Positions 19,837 through 29,871 of a stretch of DNA of 64,000 nucleotides are shown one piece after another (within the stretch, counting starts at the first letter, position 1; each line of letters opens with the position of its first letter). A model generated the notes under the pieces. That model had not been told where the DNA came from and did not search any database. It saw only the letters and a program-made list of their open reading frames with translations. The DNA comes from an uncultured Desulfobacter sp. (lineage in GTDB: Bacteria; Desulfobacterota; Desulfobacteria; Desulfobacterales; Desulfobacteraceae), in assembly GCA_963665095.1 (NCBI GenBank), contig OY762069.1, positions 6,208,001 to 6,272,000 of the forward strand. Direction: 5' to 3'. Made by a program: the position numbers and the translations under genes.

Positions 19837-20216
19837 AAATTCACCTTTAGACGAAATTGATGCATAAATTTAACGTATTGAAGTCTTAGGCGATCATTCT
19901 CAGGTGATCATTGTGAAAAATAATCAATAAACGATGCGTTTATTTATACAATGCCGGCACTGTTTATTCAATGATGAAAACTTAAACACCTAAAAAAAAT
20001 CGTTGTTCTGGTCTTAATGGTGCTTGTTTAATCTTAAAAATATTTATATATTAACACTATCCACAGCCACTGAAAGGCAGCCTCTTTTATTTTCAGGCAT
20101 TGCGAAATTAACATAACGACACGGGTTGGCCGGAAGGCAGTCTTTCATCTCCACACACCCAGAGCTTCCCGTCTGAAATTATAGAAATAGATAATTAAAT
20201 CTGTAAGGATCAAATC

Positions 20217-20987
20217 ATGGAGAACTTCATTTTTAAAACATCGCTGAGGTATGTGACTCTTTTTTTATTGATTTCTGTCTTTGCTACACCCGTTTGCTGT
20301 TCCAGGGAGATTATTGTGGCATTTACCGACGACATTCCGCCCTTCGTCATGAATAATGCCAGTGAGGGCCTTGAGGTGGACATCCTTCGAGAGGCACTTA
20401 AATACAAAGACCATACCTTCAGAGTAATGCAGTGCTCCTACAAGCGGCTGGCGGTGGCCGTCGCTGAAATGGGTATTGATGCGGCAGCCGCCGTCAGGAC
20501 GACGGATGACGGTACCTATTACTCTGACAGTTTTATTGCCTTTGAAAATTATGCCATCACCAAAAAACAATCCGGAATTACCCTGCAAAGCATCGGTGAT
20601 CTGAAGGGCCATACCATTTTCACCTGGCAGAATGCATACCGGGATCTTGGGCCGGAATTTGAAGCATTGTTTTCCCCGAGCGTCAAGGAACCCCATATAA
20701 GAAAATATCATGAAATCGGAATTCAGAAAGGGCAGGTCCAGATGTTCTGGAGAGACCCGGAATCAGTTATCATTATAGATAAATCAATTTTTATCTGGTT
20801 TACAAAACAGTTTCAACCGGATGCTCTTGCCGGCGACCAGATTGTATATAATGAAATTTTCCCCATTCCCACGCAGTTTCAGGTAAACTTTAAAAGTAAA
20901 GCCATGAGGGATGATTTTAATCAGGGGCTTAAATACATTCGGGACAGTGGTATTTATCAGGGCGTATTTGACACGTACCTGAAATAA
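20217..20987 (+). CDS. Periplasmic solute-binding protein, family 3
   Basis: Signal peptide, IPPFV...GLEVDILREAL, RDDFNQGL...SGIY pattern. Confidence 0.8.
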   Translation: MENFIFKTSLRYVTLFLLISVFATPVCCSREIIVAFTDDIPPFVMNNASEGLEVDILREALKYKDHTFRVMQCSYKRLAVAVAEMGIDAAAAVRTTDDGTYYSDSFIAFENYAITKKQSGITLQSIGDLKGHTIFTWQNAYRDLGPEFEALFSPSVKEPHIRKYHEIGIQKGQVQMFWRDPESVIIIDKSIFIWFTKQFQPDALAGDQIVYNEIFPIPTQFQVNFKSKAMRDDFNQGLKYIRDSGIYQGVFDTYLK

Positions 20988-21087
20988 CATCCCGCGGGAA
21001 ACGGAGGTAACGCCCACCTGAGAGGACGCGCTATTATGATGGCCAGGGTGCTTTCTTTTCAATGAAATATGTATTATATCCTGAGCC

Positions 21088-21732
21088 ATGAATCAGGATA
21101 CCCATACCCCAGTTTTTTATTCGGTAGGCCGTTCTTTGACCGATCCTGTACGGCAGTGGGAAATCAAGATCAAACGGTCGGTGTTTATATGCCGTTTAAG
21201 TTACGCTGATACCATCGAGTGTGCCAAAGAGTTTATCTCCAGAGTGTCCAAGGAACATAAAACCGCTACCCATAACTGCTGGGCCTACGTCGTGGGGGAC
21301 CACGGAGAGATCAGCCATTGTTCAGATGCGGGCGAGCCTCCGGGAACAGCCGGCAAGCCCATGCTGAATGCCCTTATGTCCTGTGATATGACCTGCACTG
21401 CAGCAGTGGTGACCCGATATTACGGCGGGGTTAAGCTTGGCGTCAGGGGGTTGATCGAAGCCTATTCTCAGGCTGTGGCCGAAACCATTGAGCAGGCCCC
21501 GCTGGTCCGCCTGGTGAAAACGATGTCATTCAGTGTCAGGCTGGATTACAGCCTGAACGATACTTTTTTAAACCGGATCAGCGCGTTTAAAATCATCATT
21601 GCCGGAACAGATTATAAAGAGCAGGTTTCCCATGACCTGGCTGTGGAACTGACCGATCTTGGCGCCTTTGAAGCCATGCTGGTGCAGTACGAGCGCCAGG
21701 GGTTACTGAATTACACAAAAGAACCCGGTTGA
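21088..21732 (+). CDS. YigZ/IMPACT family protein
   Basis: IKRSVF, ATHNCWAY, SDAGEPPGTAG, VTRYYGGVKLG. Confidence 0.93.
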   Translation: MNQDTHTPVFYSVGRSLTDPVRQWEIKIKRSVFICRLSYADTIECAKEFISRVSKEHKTATHNCWAYVVGDHGEISHCSDAGEPPGTAGKPMLNALMSCDMTCTAAVVTRYYGGVKLGVRGLIEAYSQAVAETIEQAPLVRLVKTMSFSVRLDYSLNDTFLNRISAFKIIIAGTDYKEQVSHDLAVELTDLGAFEAMLVQYERQGLLNYTKEPG

Positions 21733-21790
21733 TTTTTTTCCCTTTGACTCGTCATCTTCATTTTTATCCCCCCATCTTCATTTAAAAGTA

Positions 21791-21845
21791 TTGACACTGG
21801 GGAAAAATTCAGTATTTTTAAATTAGTGTTAACAATACTGAATTT
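21791..21845 (+). promoter_or_regulatory. Promoter plus inverted-repeat operator upstream of XRE-leuCD
   Basis: TTGACA at 21791, TATTTT at 21813; AAATTCAGTATT-N17-AATACTGAATTT perfect inverted repeat. Confidence 0.6.
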
Positions 21846-21854
21846 GGTGAGTAT

Positions 21855-22439
21855 ATGAAAATCAAGCTGGGCCCGTTGCTGAGGGCCATTCGAAATTCTC
21901 GGCACCTGACCATTAAGGACGTGGCTTCAAAGGCCGGGGTCAGTTCCAGCCTGTTGTCCCAGATAGAACGCAACCGTATCTCTCCGTCCCTGGACACCCT
22001 GCTGCAACTGCTGGAGGTCTACGGGGTTCCCCCTGAAAAATTTTTTAAAGATTATGAAACCATGAACCGGGTGGAGATTGTAAAAAAAGATCAGCGCCGG
22101 ATTTATCAGCGCAAAGGTTTTAAATATGAGACCCTGTGCGGTGAAAGCCAGGCCAAAGGCAACCACTCCTTTTCTGCTTTTTTTCTGGAACTTTCACCCG
22201 GGCAGCAACGGGGGGATAAAAAAGACGGCCACCTTGGCCGGGAACTCGGTATTGTGATGAAAGGTCAGGGACAGTTGATTTACGGCGGGGAAGTGTACGA
22301 TATCAGTACCGGCGATACCCTGTCGTTTTCTTCGCAGATTCCACATGTGATTAAAAATACCGGTGATGATCTGTTTCAAGCGTATTGGATCGTTACGCCG
22401 GCGGATGGGGAAGACTATTTTGGCGAAAAAAATAATTAA
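21855..22439 (+). CDS. XRE HTH + cupin transcriptional regulator
   Basis: LTIKDVASKAGVSSSLLSQIERNRISPSL HTH; H-x-G-x-E...GD...PH cupin. Confidence 0.9.
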   Translation: MKIKLGPLLRAIRNSRHLTIKDVASKAGVSSSLLSQIERNRISPSLDTLLQLLEVYGVPPEKFFKDYETMNRVEIVKKDQRRIYQRKGFKYETLCGESQAKGNHSFSAFFLELSPGQQRGDKKDGHLGRELGIVMKGQGQLIYGGEVYDISTGDTLSFSSQIPHVIKNTGDDLFQAYWIVTPADGEDYFGEKNN

Positions 22440-23737
22440 TGGAGCGTGTCATGGGAAAGACAATTGCTGAAAAAATTTTTGATGCCCATCTGGTGGATAC
22501 ACCTTTTGGTGATGTCAATGTATTGCGGCTGGACCGGGTGTTCTGTCATGAGATCACCACACCCACTGCCATTCAGGATCTGATGGACAGAGGCAAGGAC
22601 CGGGTCTTTGATCCGGACAAAATCAAGGCGGTGATTGACCATGTCACACCGGCCAAGGATTCCAAAACCGCCAGGCAGGGAAAAATTCTTCGGGACTGGG
22701 CTGTGCGTCACGGTATCAGGGATTTCTTTGATATCGGCCGCAACGGTGTCTGTCATGCCCTGTTTCCTGAAAAAGGGTTTGTCCGGCCCGGGTTCACCAT
22801 TATTATGGGCGATTCCCATACCTGTACTCACGGGGCCTTTGGGGCATTTGCCGCAGGTGTCGGCACCACTGATCTGGAGGTGGGTATTCTAAAAGGTGTG
22901 TGTGCCTTTAAAAAACCTGAAACATTTAAAATAGAGATTACAGGGAGCCTTCAGCCCGGGGTCTATGCCAAGGATATTATCCTGGAAGTGATCCGGCGGA
23001 TTTCAGTGAACGGTGCCACCAACATGATTATTGAGTTCTCAGGGCCTGTGGTGGATGCCATGAACATGGACCAGCGCATGACATTGTCCAATATGGCGGT
23101 GGAGGCCGGTGCTACCTCCGGCATTTGTGCGCCGGACATGGCAACGGTGGAATACCTGTGGCCCTTTATTAAATATGAATATAAAAACCGGGAAGCGGCT
23201 CTGGCTGAATACAGCCACTTTTGTTCAGATGCGGATGCCGTGTATGCAAAGACAATAACCATTGATGTCAGCGATCTTGTCCCGTTAACCACGTTCGGTT
23301 TTAAGCCGGACAATGTTAAACCGGTATCGGAGATGGGAAACACTCCTGTGGATCAGGTGTACATCGGCTCCTGCACCAACGGTCGCCTGGAAGATTTGCG
23401 GGAAGCAGCCAGGGTCTTAAAAGGAAAAACGATCAGCCCTGCAGTCCGGGGGATTGTGTCGCCTGCCACCCCGAATATTTTTTCACAAGCCCTGGAGGAG
23501 GGCCTGATAAAGATTTTTATGGAGGCGGGCTTTTGTGTCACCAATCCCACCTGCGGGGCCTGCTTAGGTATGAGCAACGGGGTCCTGGCCGAAGGTGAAG
23601 TGGCGGCCTCCACCACCAACAGGAATTTTAACGGGCGCATGGGCAAAGGCGGAATGGTCCATTTGATGAGTCCGGCCACCGCTGCGGCAACAGCTGTTGC
23701 CGGCCGTATCTCTAACTCTGAGATTTTCAGTAATTAA
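22439..23737 (+). CDS. leuC: 3-isopropylmalate dehydratase large subunit (short LeuC/HACN type)
   Basis: DH, GVCH, GDSHTCTHGAFG, IGSCTNGR, CGACLG, STTNRNF. Confidence 0.88.
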   Translation: MERVMGKTIAEKIFDAHLVDTPFGDVNVLRLDRVFCHEITTPTAIQDLMDRGKDRVFDPDKIKAVIDHVTPAKDSKTARQGKILRDWAVRHGIRDFFDIGRNGVCHALFPEKGFVRPGFTIIMGDSHTCTHGAFGAFAAGVGTTDLEVGILKGVCAFKKPETFKIEITGSLQPGVYAKDIILEVIRRISVNGATNMIIEFSGPVVDAMNMDQRMTLSNMAVEAGATSGICAPDMATVEYLWPFIKYEYKNREAALAEYSHFCSDADAVYAKTITIDVSDLVPLTTFGFKPDNVKPVSEMGNTPVDQVYIGSCTNGRLEDLREAARVLKGKTISPAVRGIVSPATPNIFSQALEEGLIKIFMEAGFCVTNPTCGACLGMSNGVLAEGEVAASTTNRNFNGRMGKGGMVHLMSPATAAATAVAGRISNSEIFSN

Positions 23738-23749
23738 TACTTTGGAGGA

Positions 23750-24280
23750 GTGATGAAAACTTTTGAAGGAAAGATACTCTGCCTGGACCGGACAGATATC
23801 AATACAGACGAGATAATACCTGCCAAATATCTGACGGAAATCGAAAAAGCCGCCATGAAGCCCCATCTGCTGGAGGACCTGAAGTTAGATGGGTTTAGTC
23901 CCCGGAAGGATCTTGACGGTGTCAAAGTTATCGTGACCCGCGAAAATTTCGGGTGCGGTTCGTCAAGGGAGCACGCGCCCTGGGCTTTGGAAGTTAATGG
24001 TATTCATGTGGTGATTGCCCCAAGTTTTGCCCGGATTTTCCGGCAGAATATGTTCAACTGCGGGATGATGGCCATTGAACTGTCTGCGGATCAGGTCCAG
24101 GAACTATTTGATCTTGATGCTGATGGGGGGGCATGGCTTCGCGCGGATGCCGATAAAGGGGTCATTACCGCCGGCAACAGCAGGGGAAAGGAATGGTCCT
24201 GTAAATTTACTGTTTCTGAGTTTGACAAAACTCTGGTTAAAACCGGGGGCTGGGTGGAATTCGCGGATAAACAGTATTAA
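23750..24280 (+). CDS. leuD: 3-isopropylmalate dehydratase small subunit
   Basis: DINTDEIIPAKYL, NFGCGSSREHA, SFARIF. Confidence 0.9.
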   Translation: MMKTFEGKILCLDRTDINTDEIIPAKYLTEIEKAAMKPHLLEDLKLDGFSPRKDLDGVKVIVTRENFGCGSSREHAPWALEVNGIHVVIAPSFARIFRQNMFNCGMMAIELSADQVQELFDLDADGGAWLRADADKGVITAGNSRGKEWSCKFTVSEFDKTLVKTGGWVEFADKQY

Positions 24281-24286
24281 AAAATT

Positions 24287-24309
24287 AAGGGGGCCAGAAC
24301 AGCCCCTTT
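24287..24309 (+). terminator. Hairpin after leuD
   Basis: AAGGGGGC-cagaaca-GCCCCTTT. Confidence 0.55.
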
Positions 24310-24471
24310 AAAGCTTGAACGCATGTGCCGCAAAAAAAAGTTCCACGGCCGGCATCGCATCTCCCTGTACCTATTAGGCCGATTTTACTTGACTTCTCCT
24401 AAGTCCTGTGAAACGTAGTATTCGTTATTTAAAGGCTGATCACATTTTGTTTCTAAAAGAGGAGATGCGCT

Positions 24472-25980
24472 ATGGGGAAGAAAGTGGATTCCGGGTTGAT
24501 CGCAAGGCACCAGAAGGGACAGTATCTGGATCTGGCAAAACGGTCGTTGACGTCAGTGGTAGCTCATTTTGTGCTATATGGTTTTATTGCTGCCATTACG
24601 CCAATGAAGACAGACCATCCCATGATTATATGGGGGCTAGGTATTTTAATTTTCGTTATTTCTGCGTTTAGAATGCTTTTGTCAGCCCGCCTGCCACAAC
24701 TCTATGATAAATCCCCTGGCGTCAATAAAACCCTATTCAATGGTTTGAACCTTATGGCAGGGCTATTGTGGGGAGTTCTGGCACTGCTTGTCGCTGTTTT
24801 CTATCCTCTGGAATGGCCTTTTTTCTTTACCCTGACCATCTGTATGGGACTGGCTGCCGGAGCCACCTCTTCACTGGGACCTCATCTGGGATTGTCCAGG
24901 AATTTTACCTTGTCCATTATTTTGCCGGTCACTGTCTGGAGTTTCTGGTACGGTACACCGCTGGGGTATGGTATGGGATTTCTGGCAGCTTTTTCCATGT
25001 TCATGTATATCCGGATGGCTGGTGATAATTATGTCTGGTACTGGGATACAGTTGCTTCCAGAGAGGAGGTGGCCGCCAATTCAAAGACCATGGAACGAAT
25101 TGTCCAGGGGGCGGATGCCAATGCTGAACAGTTGCGAACAACCGCTACACACCTGGGAGATGCATCAAAACAGATGATCCAGAGTGCATCTGTCATGACA
25201 ACCTATCTTTCCAAGGTCGCCGGTGTCACCGGGCAAATAAAAAATAATTCCCATGAGATGGTCTCCATGATGGAACAGACCATGAGTCATTTTGGAAATA
25301 TTTCTGCCGCCAGTGAAGAGATGACCGCCACGGTTTCGGAAATTTCACAGAATGCGGACAGAGCACGTTCAGTGACCCATCAGGCCGTTTCCCAGACCGA
25401 GTCTGCCATGACCCAGATGGCAGGCCTTTCAGAGGCAGCCGCCGCTATCAACAGGATTACCGAAGCCATTGGGGAAATTTCCGAGCACATCAATCTTTTG
25501 TCCCTGAATGCCACCATAGAAGCAGCCAGAGCAGGGGAAGCGGGCAAAGGGTTTGCCGTTGTTGCCTCTGAAATTAAGGATCTGGCATTGCAGACCTCCA
25601 AATCTGCAGAAGAGATTAATCTGCAGGTCAAAGAGATTCAGGATGCCACGCAGCGGACTGCCGGAGAGATGGAACAGATACTTGCCATTGTTAAAGATGC
25701 GGACTCAAGTGTAGAGAGCATGGCTTTGGCCATGGAGGAGCAGTCCGGGGCCACTGCCGAGGTGGCAAAAAATATCCATGAGGCGTCGGACGAGGTATCA
25801 AGAGCAGAGAAGATGACGGGTGAAAACCACCAGGACTTGGCCGAAGTGAGCAATGAGATCCTTGAGCTTGAGAAAAGGGCCGGGGATGTGGAATCAGGGG
25901 CAGGAGAGGTGGATGCCCAGGCCCAAAATCTGGATCGACTGGCATCGGAACTGATGGCGCTTGTCTCAAAAAACGGTTAG
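24472..25980 (+). CDS. Methyl-accepting chemotaxis protein with multi-TM N-terminus
   Basis: [33 protein letters not shown] signalling hairpin; about 6 N-terminal TM helices. Confidence 0.93.
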   Translation: MGKKVDSGLIARHQKGQYLDLAKRSLTSVVAHFVLYGFIAAITPMKTDHPMIIWGLGILIFVISAFRMLLSARLPQLYDKSPGVNKTLFNGLNLMAGLLWGVLALLVAVFYPLEWPFFFTLTICMGLAAGATSSLGPHLGLSRNFTLSIILPVTVWSFWYGTPLGYGMGFLAAFSMFMYIRMAGDNYVWYWDTVASREEVAANSKTMERIVQGADANAEQLRTTATHLGDASKQMIQSASVMTTYLSKVAGVTGQIKNNSHEMVSMMEQTMSHFGNISAASEEMTATVSEISQNADRARSVTHQAVSQTESAMTQMAGLSEAAAAINRITEAIGEISEHINLLSLNATIEAARAGEAGKGFAVVASEIKDLALQTSKSAEEINLQVKEIQDATQRTAGEMEQILAIVKDADSSVESMALAMEEQSGATAEVAKNIHEASDEVSRAEKMTGENHQDLAEVSNEILELEKRAGDVESGAGEVDAQAQNLDRLASELMALVSKNG

Positions 25981-26807
25981 CTTCTGCCGCCGCTCCAGTG
26001 CAGACGTGTTTTTAATACCTTAAAGTAGGAGTGTTCCTCAAAGGAGATCATTTTTAGATTATATCTGCTCTTTTCAATGAGGATGGTGTCACTGGGATCC
26101 ATATCATAGCCCGCCTGGCCGTCCAGGGTGAGAATCATGTCTTCGGGGCTTCCTGCCAGGCAGATTTGCACCCGGATATGGTCAGGGATGAGTAATGGCC
26201 GGTTGGTCAGGGTAAAGGGGCAGATCGGGGTGAGGATGGTGGACGACACTGAAGGGTGGACCACAGGACCGCCTGCAGCCAGGGAATAGGCTGTGGAGCC
26301 TGTGGGGGTTGCCACAATCAGACCGTCGGCCCGATAGGTGGTCAGATAGGTGTCGTCCAGGTAAACGGCGCATGAGGCCAGCCGGGACAGGGCTGCCTTA
26401 TTGATTACGGCATCGTTGAGTACATCTTCATCAACAATGCACCGGTTATTCCGGATTACCCGGATATTTAAGCGCTGGCGCTCCCTGATGATGTAATCCT
26501 CTCTGAACACGGCATCCACGGCATTAAACAGGTGGTCTTCAATGGTTTCGGCAAGAAAACCGACTTCACCGAATTTAATCCCTATCAAAGGGATATCGCG
26601 GCTCCCCATGTATCGGGCCACACTCAGAAAAGTGCCGTCTCCACCAAGTACAACAATGCAGATAAGATCGTCAGGTATCGTCTGGGGTTCTGCACCCTGT
26701 GTATCAATGACCAGACATCGGTCTTTCAGGTGCCGGATCAGTTCCCGGGCCTTGTTCTGGGCATGTTCTTCGTTTTTTATGACAAGCCCGATACGCTGCT
26801 TTTTCAC
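25977..26807 (-). CDS. nadK: NAD kinase
   Basis: [35 protein letters not shown] start. Confidence 0.95.
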   Translation of the reverse strand: MKKQRIGLVIKNEEHAQNKARELIRHLKDRCLVIDTQGAEPQTIPDDLICIVVLGGDGTFLSVARYMGSRDIPLIGIKFGEVGFLAETIEDHLFNAVDAVFREDYIIRERQRLNIRVIRNNRCIVDEDVLNDAVINKAALSRLASCAVYLDDTYLTTYRADGLIVATPTGSTAYSLAAGGPVVHPSVSSTILTPICPFTLTNRPLLIPDHIRVQICLAGSPEDMILTLDGQAGYDMDPSDTILIEKSRYNLKMISFEEHSYFKVLKTRLHWSGGRS

Positions 26808-26855
26808 ATTTGGTCCTTTTATTCTGTTTAATTTTCCTGCACTGCTTGCCGGGCA

Positions 26856-29540
26856 TTAATGTTCCGCATCGGCCCAACTTTTTCCCGCTCCAAAGTTCAC
26901 TTTCAACGGGACCTTAAGCGGTGTGACATTTTCCATAATATCCCTGGCCAGGTCCACCAGGGCCTCTTTTTCTTCCACAGGGGCTTCGAATATAATTTCA
27001 TCATGTACGGAGAGCAGCATTTTTGAGGCCATCTCTTTTTTCTTAAGGGCTGCCTCCATCTTGATCATAGCAAGTTTAATCAGGTCCGCAGCGCTGCCCT
27101 GAATGGGCGTATTCACGGCAGCCCGCTGGGCAAAGTTCCTCAGGTTGGCGTTGGATGAGCGAATATCATCCAGGCGCCGTTTTCTGCCAAACAGGGTGGA
27201 TACCTCGCAGGTGTCCCGGGTCTGTTTGATGGTTTTGTCAATGAATGCCTTTACCCCGGCATAGCGTTTGAAATAGCTGTTGATATAGGTCTCAGCCATT
27301 TTGCGGCTGATTTTTAGCTCATTGGAGAGGCGGAATGCACTCATGCCGTATACAATACCAAAATTAATGGCTTTGGCCTGGCTTCGCATGTCATCGGTGA
27401 CCATGCCGGGCAATATTTCAAAGACCTCCAGGGCGGTACGGGTATGGATATCTTCATCATTGTTAAATGATTCAATGAGGATAGGATCCTGGGCGCAGTG
27501 GGCCAGCAGCCGCAATTCTATCTGGGAGTAATCTGCAGAAATAAGGACACAGCCGTCCGCCGGGATAAATGCCTGGCGGATTTTTTTGCCCTCGGGCTTG
27601 CGTATGGGGATGTTCTGCAGGTTGGGATTGGAGGATGACAACCGCCCGGTCACAGTAATGGTCTGGTTAAAAGAGGTATGTATTCGCCCTGTGCCCGGAT
27701 TTGTCAGGGCCGCCAGGGCATCCACATAGGTGGATTTCAGCTTGCCAAGGGTTCTGAAACGCAACAGTTTTTCCGGCAGCTCATGGGTGTCAGCCAGGGT
27801 TGTCAGCACCTGGACATCTGTGGAGTATCCGGTTCTCTTTTTTGTTTTTTTTACGGTTTTCAGCCCCAGCTTTTCAAACAGGATGACGCCAAGCTGCTGG
27901 GAGGAGTTGATGTTGAACTCTTCTCCGGCCAGCTCATAAATGTTCTGTTCCAGGCTTTTAAGCTCGGTTTCAAATTCCTTTGACATCTGGCCCAGCACAT
28001 CAGTATCCACTCGGATACCAGCCATTTCCATTTTGGCCAGAACGGTTATCAGGGGCACCTCAATGGTCTCCATCAGCGGCATCAGGCCCTTGTCTTCGAT
28101 CTGTTTTTTCAGCGCTGCACAGGCCATGAAAGTCAGATCTGCATCTTCGGCCGCATAGTCTGCGGCCAGATCCAGGGGCACTTCCTGAAATCCAATCTGG
28201 TCCTTTCCCTTGCCGGTCACCTCTTCGTAGGCAATCATTTTGTATCCGAAAAGGTTCATGGCAATGCGGTCCAGACTGTGTCCCCGGGTACCGGGATTGA
28301 GCAGGTGGGAGGCGATCATGGTGTCAAATACAATGCCCTGAATGTCAATGCCGTATCGGGCCAGGACTATGAGATCATATTTGATATTCTGGCCCACCTT
28401 GCCGATGTCCGGGTTCTCAAGCAGGGGCTTGAAAATGCGCAGGATCTCATCTTTTTCAGGCATGGCTGTCACACCCGTGTTGGTGTGCGCCACCGGGATA
28501 TAAAATCCTGAATCATCCATGTAGGAAAAAGAGAGCCCCACCAGGTCCGCTGCCATGGGATCAATGCCGGTGGTCTCCGTATCCACGGCAAACAGTCCCT
28601 TGTTTTCAAGCACTGAGGCCAGCTTTTCCATCTCATTGACGGATGTGATCAGCTTGTATATTTTTTGGGATTTATCCGCCTTGTCTGCGAACTCCGTAGC
28701 AAGCGTTTTAAATTCAAAGGCCTGGAAGAGTTCAAATGCCTTGTGGGTATCAAAAGGGGCAAGCTTGAATGCATCCAGTTCCAAATTCACCTCCACATGG
28801 CGGTCAATGGCGGCCAACTTCCGGCTCAATGTAACAATCTGCCTGGCACCTGACAGGCTTTCATGCAGTTTCTTCTTTTTTTTCAGGCTGTCCAGGTTGT
28901 CATAGATGTTTTGGATGGAGCCGAATTCAGCAATCAGTTTTATGGCTGTTTTGGGACCGACTCCTTTTACCCCGGGAATATTGTCGGCTGTGTCTCCGGC
29001 AAGTCCCAGCACATCAATGAACTGTTCAGGCTCAATACCCATCTCCTCTTTGACGCCTGTCCGGTCTGTGACCGTGTCCTTCATGGGGTCCCACAGGGAA
29101 CAGTCATCCGTAATGAGCTGGATAAAATCCTTGTCCCCTGTGACCATGACCACTTTAAAACCATTCTCCTGCGCAATCCGGGCATAGGTGCCCACAAGAT
29201 CGTCTGCCTCATATCCGGTTTTCTGGATGATAGGGATGTTCAAGGCCTTGACCACTGATTTGATATCCGGGATCTGGAGGGCCAGCTCTTCGGGCATGGG
29301 CGGCCGGTTTGCCTTGTACTCGTCATACATTTTATGTCGGAAAGTCGGCCCTTTGACATCAAAAAACACACCGGCATAGGCGGGATTTTTTTCCCTGAGC
29401 AGCTTAAGCAGAATTCGTGTGAATCCAAATGTGGCATTGGTGGGATGCCCGTCAGATGTAGAGAGGCTGCGAATAGCGTGAAATGCCCGGTAAAGAAATG
29501 CACTGCCGTCAATCAGATAAATGGTGCCTGGTGCCGCCAT
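26856..29540 (-). CDS. polA: DNA polymerase I
   Basis: 5'-3' exonuclease (LIDG, EADD, GDKD), 3'-5' exonuclease (DTET), polymerase motifs ADYSQIELR, KAINFGIVYG, VHDE. Confidence 0.98.
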   Translation of the reverse strand: MAAPGTIYLIDGSAFLYRAFHAIRSLSTSDGHPTNATFGFTRILLKLLREKNPAYAGVFFDVKGPTFRHKMYDEYKANRPPMPEELALQIPDIKSVVKALNIPIIQKTGYEADDLVGTYARIAQENGFKVVMVTGDKDFIQLITDDCSLWDPMKDTVTDRTGVKEEMGIEPEQFIDVLGLAGDTADNIPGVKGVGPKTAIKLIAEFGSIQNIYDNLDSLKKKKKLHESLSGARQIVTLSRKLAAIDRHVEVNLELDAFKLAPFDTHKAFELFQAFEFKTLATEFADKADKSQKIYKLITSVNEMEKLASVLENKGLFAVDTETTGIDPMAADLVGLSFSYMDDSGFYIPVAHTNTGVTAMPEKDEILRIFKPLLENPDIGKVGQNIKYDLIVLARYGIDIQGIVFDTMIASHLLNPGTRGHSLDRIAMNLFGYKMIAYEEVTGKGKDQIGFQEVPLDLAADYAAEDADLTFMACAALKKQIEDKGLMPLMETIEVPLITVLAKMEMAGIRVDTDVLGQMSKEFETELKSLEQNIYELAGEEFNINSSQQLGVILFEKLGLKTVKKTKKRTGYSTDVQVLTTLADTHELPEKLLRFRTLGKLKSTYVDALAALTNPGTGRIHTSFNQTITVTGRLSSSNPNLQNIPIRKPEGKKIRQAFIPADGCVLISADYSQIELRLLAHCAQDPILIESFNNDEDIHTRTALEVFEILPGMVTDDMRSQAKAINFGIVYGMSAFRLSNELKISRKMAETYINSYFKRYAGVKAFIDKTIKQTRDTCEVSTLFGRKRRLDDIRSSNANLRNFAQRAAVNTPIQGSAADLIKLAMIKMEAALKKKEMASKMLLSVHDEIIFEAPVEEKEALVDLARDIMENVTPLKVPLKVNFGAGKSWADAEH

Positions 29541-29625
29541 GATATAATCCCTTTGGAAAAAGTCTATTGAATTATTCTTTAATCAGCGGCATATATACTA
29601 TCTTTTAAAGGAAAGGAGAAGGATT

Positions 29626-29856
29626 ATGTCCCAAGAGGCACCTGCAGTCGCTCTTACCGGGAAAGCCAGACGCCGCAACAGGCGGGTTAAAATTTGCCAT
29701 TGCTGCGGTACTGAAGTCATGTTCTGCTGGCAGTGCCGGTGCGGGTTTGCCATTTGTCAGTCATGTATGTATGAGAATCAGTGGGGGATGACCTGCAACG
29801 GGATTACCTGGTACTGTCCGGATTGCGGCGGACAGAACGGATACGGCAACCAATAG
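29626..29856 (+). CDS. Small Cys-rich zinc-finger protein with RING-like spacing
   Basis: RBS AAGGAG/AAGGA, 11 Cys in 76 aa, fills the gap 15 nt before purN. Confidence 0.75.
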   Translation: MSQEAPAVALTGKARRRNRRVKICHCCGTEVMFCWQCRCGFAICQSCMYENQWGMTCNGITWYCPDCGGQNGYGNQ

Positions 29857-29871
29857 GAAAGGGGAAAGAAA

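Noticed and set aside
20062..20178. Riboswitch upstream of the binding-protein gene (GCCACTG, repeated AAGGCAG)
   Set aside because: Only short fragments resemble cobalamin or c-di-GMP motifs; the core elements are missing and the stems are weak.
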